Part shown: piece by piece, positions 34,831-34,923 of the stretch | How positions within the stretch are numbered: the stretch's first letter is position 1 | How the letters are laid out: each line of letters starts with the position of its first letter | From: Seison nebaliae | Taxonomy: Eukaryota | Assembly (NCBI GenBank): GCA_023231475.1 | Contig: JALJEE010000850.1 | Span: 1 to 34,923 of the forward strand | Direction of reading: 5' to 3' | Length of the DNA stretch: 34,923 nucleotides | The notes under the pieces: model-generated | Database searches by the model: none | What the model was told of the DNA's origin: nothing | The model's input: only the letters and a program-made list of their open reading frames with translations | Position numbers and translations under genes: made by a program

Positions 34831-34923
34831 AAAAAGAAAGATGTTAACCTTGCCAAAAAGAAAGATGTTAACCCTCTTTTCCCAAAGAAGAAAGATGTTA
34901 ACCCTCTTTTCCCAAAAAAGAAA
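34831..34923. repeat. Minisatellite, ~30-bp unit (aaagatgttaaccctcttttcccaaaraag), running off the window end
   Basis: Three copies of aagaaagatgttaacc, the first unit shortened, and the start of a fourth at the window edge. Confidence 0.85.

Noticed and set aside
34831..34923. Repeat array as CRISPR or telomere
   Set aside because: The units are contiguous without unique spacers, the context is eukaryotic, and the 30-bp unit is not a simple telomeric repeat.

Overview
AT-rich, gene-dense eukaryotic genomic DNA from an animal with a compact genome. The species cannot be determined from the window. Joining the fragmented ORFs across short introns gives 15 protein-coding genes, and every spliced model stays in frame. 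In order: a signal-peptide-bearing Ulp1/C48-like cysteine protease, ATPAF1/Atp11, fuseless-like, a mucin-like type I membrane protein, a charge-polarised secreted protein, a GH18 chitinase with two CBM14 modules, golgin-84, SRF, SPATA4, GLE1, SMIM20 (absent from the ORF track), USP7, a UVRAG-like gene, OSGEPL1/Qri7 and an orphan GPCR. Also present are a 300-bp foldback element, two decayed tRNA genes, a microsatellite and a minisatellite. The two strongest signals are (1) an unusual splicing grammar, in which 32 of 35 hand-reconstructed introns start GTT, only one starts GTA, +5G is rare, 10 end in AAG and all but one are 41-73 nt; and (2) an apparently secreted Ulp1-family protease with an intact His/Asp/Gln/Cys catalytic set, resembling an effector. 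All gene models were derived by eye, without alignments or RNA data.
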